64,000 nucleotides of DNA, from contig CAXWPJ010000002.1 of the NCBI GenBank assembly GCA_963664115.2, forward strand, positions 352,001 to 416,000, read 5' to 3'. A program made the translations under genes and the position numbers. Origin of the DNA: Terriglobia bacterium (GTDB lineage: Bacteria; Acidobacteriota; Terriglobia; 20CM-2-55-15). This document shows, piece by piece, positions 61,516 through 64,000 of this stretch. The notes below the pieces were generated by a model, which saw nothing but the letters and a program-made list of their open reading frames with translations, searched no databases and was not told the DNA's origin. Positions within the stretch are counted from its first letter, which is position 1, and every line of letters begins with the position of its first letter.

Positions 61516-62769
61516 TCAGTTTCTGCTGACTTCTACCAGCGCGACGCGATTGACAGCGCTGCAGGCCAACACCAGGTTGCCATCCGCTGTCGCCATCATG
61601 TTGCGAATGACTCCTCCGCCGGACGGGATCAGCCAAGTCTGAAACTCCTCGGTTTCAGTATCGAAGCGTACCAGCGTGTCGTCCCTCACTCCCGATTCGC
61701 TGTACCAGACGATGTTATCCACAGTGGCGATGCCATAGGGCCGGGACTCCGGACCGCTCGGGGAGGCCCATTCTCGAACTTCGCCGGTCGCAGGATCGAA
61801 GCGGCCCAAATAGCCGCGTGCGTAATCCGTATACCAAACCACATCGTCGGGGGTCAACGCGATGCGCCTGGGTCGGGCATCAGGATTCGGCAATGTGTAT
61901 TCGGTGATTTCCATTGAATCGGGATCGATGCTGCCCAAACGGTTTCCGCGAAAATCGACATACCAGGGTACGCCTTTGGAATTCACCTGGATGCCATAGG
62001 GATAGGTGTTGTCGGTGGGCGTGGCCACGACTTTCATCTCGCCTGTATCGGGTACGAGCCGTCCCACCATTCCAGACTGAAGGGTGAACCACAAGGTGCC
62101 ATTCTGGTCAAAGATGGGCGTATGAGGGCCGCGGGCTCCGGCGGGGACGATAGCGGCTTCGGGTACCGGATACTGGGTCAGGCCTCCGGTGTCCGGGTCG
62201 AGTTCCCCGATGTAGTTGTCGTTGATACCCGTAAACCAGATGTTGCCATCAGCGTCCTCCGCCAAGCCGTGGGGACCGGCGTTGCCCGGCAGCGGAAATT
62301 CCTTTGTCGCACCGGTCGTGGGATCGACGCGACCGAGTCGACTGGCCATCTGTCCCGTCCACCAAATCGAGCCGTCGGCCGCGGCGAGCGGGTCATGGGG
62401 CCGTGAGCCAAGCGTAGGAGCCAACCATTCCCGGATAGTCACTTCCACGGGTCCGGGAATAAAAACGGCCTCGGGAGCTGTCCTCACCGGGAAATTCGCC
62501 GCCAGATATTTTGCGGCCACCTCGGCACGATCACCGGGCAGCACGACCATCGAGCTGAACAAATTTTCCCAGCCCTGAGCGTTGTAACCTGTCGAGTTGG
62601 CGATCAAGTTGAGCCGGTGGCACTCGGTGCAAGCACTCTGAACAAGTTCCTGACCGGGCCCCTCAGGCAATTGGACCTGTGGTTGATCTCGCTGGGCTAG
62701 GGTCGGCGCTGGAAGAACCAAACAGAGAACCGTTACCGTCATCAAGACTAAATACACTCTCGTTCGCAT
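61516..62769 (-). CDS. Monoheme cytochrome c fused to a Vgb (virginiamycin B lyase)-like beta-propeller
   Basis: LPEGPG..LV..ACTECH; RPHDP, GPHG, WFT repeats. Confidence 0.85.
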   Translation of the reverse strand: MRTRVYLVLMTVTVLCLVLPAPTLAQRDQPQVQLPEGPGQELVQSACTECHRLNLIANSTGYNAQGWENLFSSMVVLPGDRAEVAAKYLAANFPVRTAPEAVFIPGPVEVTIREWLAPTLGSRPHDPLAAADGSIWWTGQMASRLGRVDPTTGATKEFPLPGNAGPHGLAEDADGNIWFTGINDNYIGELDPDTGGLTQYPVPEAAIVPAGARGPHTPIFDQNGTLWFTLQSGMVGRLVPDTGEMKVVATPTDNTYPYGIQVNSKGVPWYVDFRGNRLGSIDPDSMEITEYTLPNPDARPRRIALTPDDVVWYTDYARGYLGRFDPATGEVREWASPSGPESRPYGIATVDNIVWYSESGVRDDTLVRFDTETEEFQTWLIPSGGGVIRNMMATADGNLVLACSAVNRVALVEVSRN

Positions 62770-62901
62770 AGTTCCTACCTCAGGCAAAGACAAAATTGTC
62801 GATTCCGGGAAGAGAAGTCGTCACTATTCACAGATTAATTTTCGCCCGTCACTCTGACTGAACAACTTGAGCAGAGACCTTCCACTTTATTTAAATGATG
62901 G

Positions 62902-64000
62902 CACTAGTATCCGGAACACGGCGCGAAAGCCCGCGGCAAGTTACAGATCAACAATGAGTTGAATGGCATTCTTGGATTTTTCGATTTCAGCCTTCCGATT
63001 GCGCTTTCGCGGTAATCCAGTGATAGGGGGTGATACCAATGGCGTATGAACTCAGGCCAAACCGTCTTCTCACAAGTCATGGATTACGCACCCCGATACG
63101 AATTTCAGAAGTGTGTCGCCCGCTATCGTGGCGACTACCAGCTGCAAGGTTTTTCGTGCCGGGATCAGTTCCTTGCAATGGCATTCGCCCAGCTGACCTA
63201 TCGTGAAAGCCTCCGCGATATCGAGGCCTGTTTACGCGCCCTCGGCAGCAAGCGTTACCATATGGGATTTCGAAGCAAGGTGGCGCGGACGACACTGGCC
63301 GACGCCAACGAGCGGCGCGACTGGCGGATCTATGCGGATTTCGCACAGGTCCTGATCGGCGTGGCGCGGCCGTTATATGCCAAAGATCCCATCGGTGTCG
63401 AACTGGCTCAGGGGCTGTACGCCCTGGACTCGACGACCATTGACCTTTGTCTTTCATTATTCCCATGGGCCCGGTTTCGCCGGCACAAAGCCGCCGTCAA
63501 GATGCATACACTGCTGGATCTTCACGGAAACATTCCCGCGTTTATCCGCGTCACAGACGGGAAAGTTCATGACGTCAACATTCTCGATGAAATCGCACCC
63601 GAAGCAGGGGCCTTCTACGTCATGGATCGCGCGTATATCGATTTCGAGCGGCTCTTTCTCTTCACGCTCTGTTCCGCATTCTTTGTTGTGCGTGCCAAGA
63701 AGAACGCCGTCTTGCAGCGCCGGTACTCCCGTCCGGTGGACAAGACCACAGGGTTGCGATCCGACCAGACGGTCATTCTCACCACGATCAAGTCCGCCAA
63801 AGCCTATCCCGATCCGTTGCGGTGCATCAGCTACTTCGACGCCGAGACGAACAAGCGGTTGAAGTTCCTGACCAACAACTTCGCGTTGCCCGCGCTCACC
63901 ATCACTCAGATCTACAAGTCGCGATGGCAAGTTGAACTCTTCTTCAAATGGATCAAACAACATCTTCGGATCAAGTCCTTCTATGGCACGAGCGAGAATG
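62902..64000 (+). mobile_element. IS4-family element, truncated by window edge
   Basis: Left end CACTAGTATCCGG upstream of an IS4 transposase; exact end inferred. Confidence 0.75.
63046..64000 (+). CDS. IS4-family transposase (DUF4372 + DDE), 3' partial; absent from the ORF track
   Basis: Hand translation: MNSGQTVFSQVM...QFLAMAFAQLTYRESLRDIE...LDSTTIDL...MDRAYIDF...YKSRWQVELFFKWIKQHL. Confidence 0.93.
   Translation, partial: MNSGQTVFSQVMDYAPRYEFQKCVARYRGDYQLQGFSCRDQFLAMAFAQLTYRESLRDIEACLRALGSKRYHMGFRSKVARTTLADANERRDWRIYADFAQVLIGVARPLYAKDPIGVELAQGLYALDSTTIDLCLSLFPWARFRRHKAAVKMHTLLDLHGNIPAFIRVTDGKVHDVNILDEIAPEAGAFYVMDRAYIDFERLFLFTLCSAFFVVRAKKNAVLQRRYSRPVDKTTGLRSDQTVILTTIKSAKAYPDPLRCISYFDAETNKRLKFLTNNFALPALTITQIYKSRWQVELFFKWIKQHLRIKSFYGTSEN

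Noticed and set aside
22705-62769. Antibiotic-resistance island (MBL-fold, Vgb-like)
   Set aside because: Broad superfamily folds only; no integron or mobilisation context and no substrate evidence.
63377-63963. ORF-track calls near the right edge
   Set aside because: Alternate frames of the IS4 transposase starting at 63046.
1-64000. CRISPR array, rRNA, tRNA (including tRNA-Sec) or sel genes
   Set aside because: None recognised by eye; Sec machinery would have to lie elsewhere in the genome.

Overview
GC-rich bacterial window, most consistent with Acidobacteriota (inferred from gene content, not from a search). Bases ~1-44,500 form an accessory region of mostly exported proteins with heavy paralogue expansion and no recognisable transcription factor. 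It holds 4 DUF6152-like His-His proteins, 8 members of an uncharacterised two-cysteine partner family, 5 PAL-like NHL beta-propellers, 2 PQQ sugar dehydrogenases, 2 DUF5916/CBM9 proteins, 2 MBL-fold enzymes, 2 YghX-like dienelactone hydrolases and a TonB-dependent receptor. Bases ~44,700-61,400 are mostly core genes (uvrB, lepB, rnc, asnS, coaE, folD, a lytic transglycosylase). There are two apparently identical IS630 copies, each inserted in a C-TAG stop codon, and a partial IS4 at the right edge. The top finding is two adjacent genes each interrupted by one in-frame TGA followed by a similar SECIS-like hairpin: a ~12-blade exported beta-propeller (VPN-U-VNHPQ) and a DUF3179 protein (TF-U-VV-C, i.e. 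UxxC). A TlpA-like thioredoxin follows, giving a candidate exported selenoprotein redox module. The second lead is the repeated DUF6152 + partner module, a possible periplasmic copper (His-brace) system. All family names come from motif recognition only; no database search or folding program was run.
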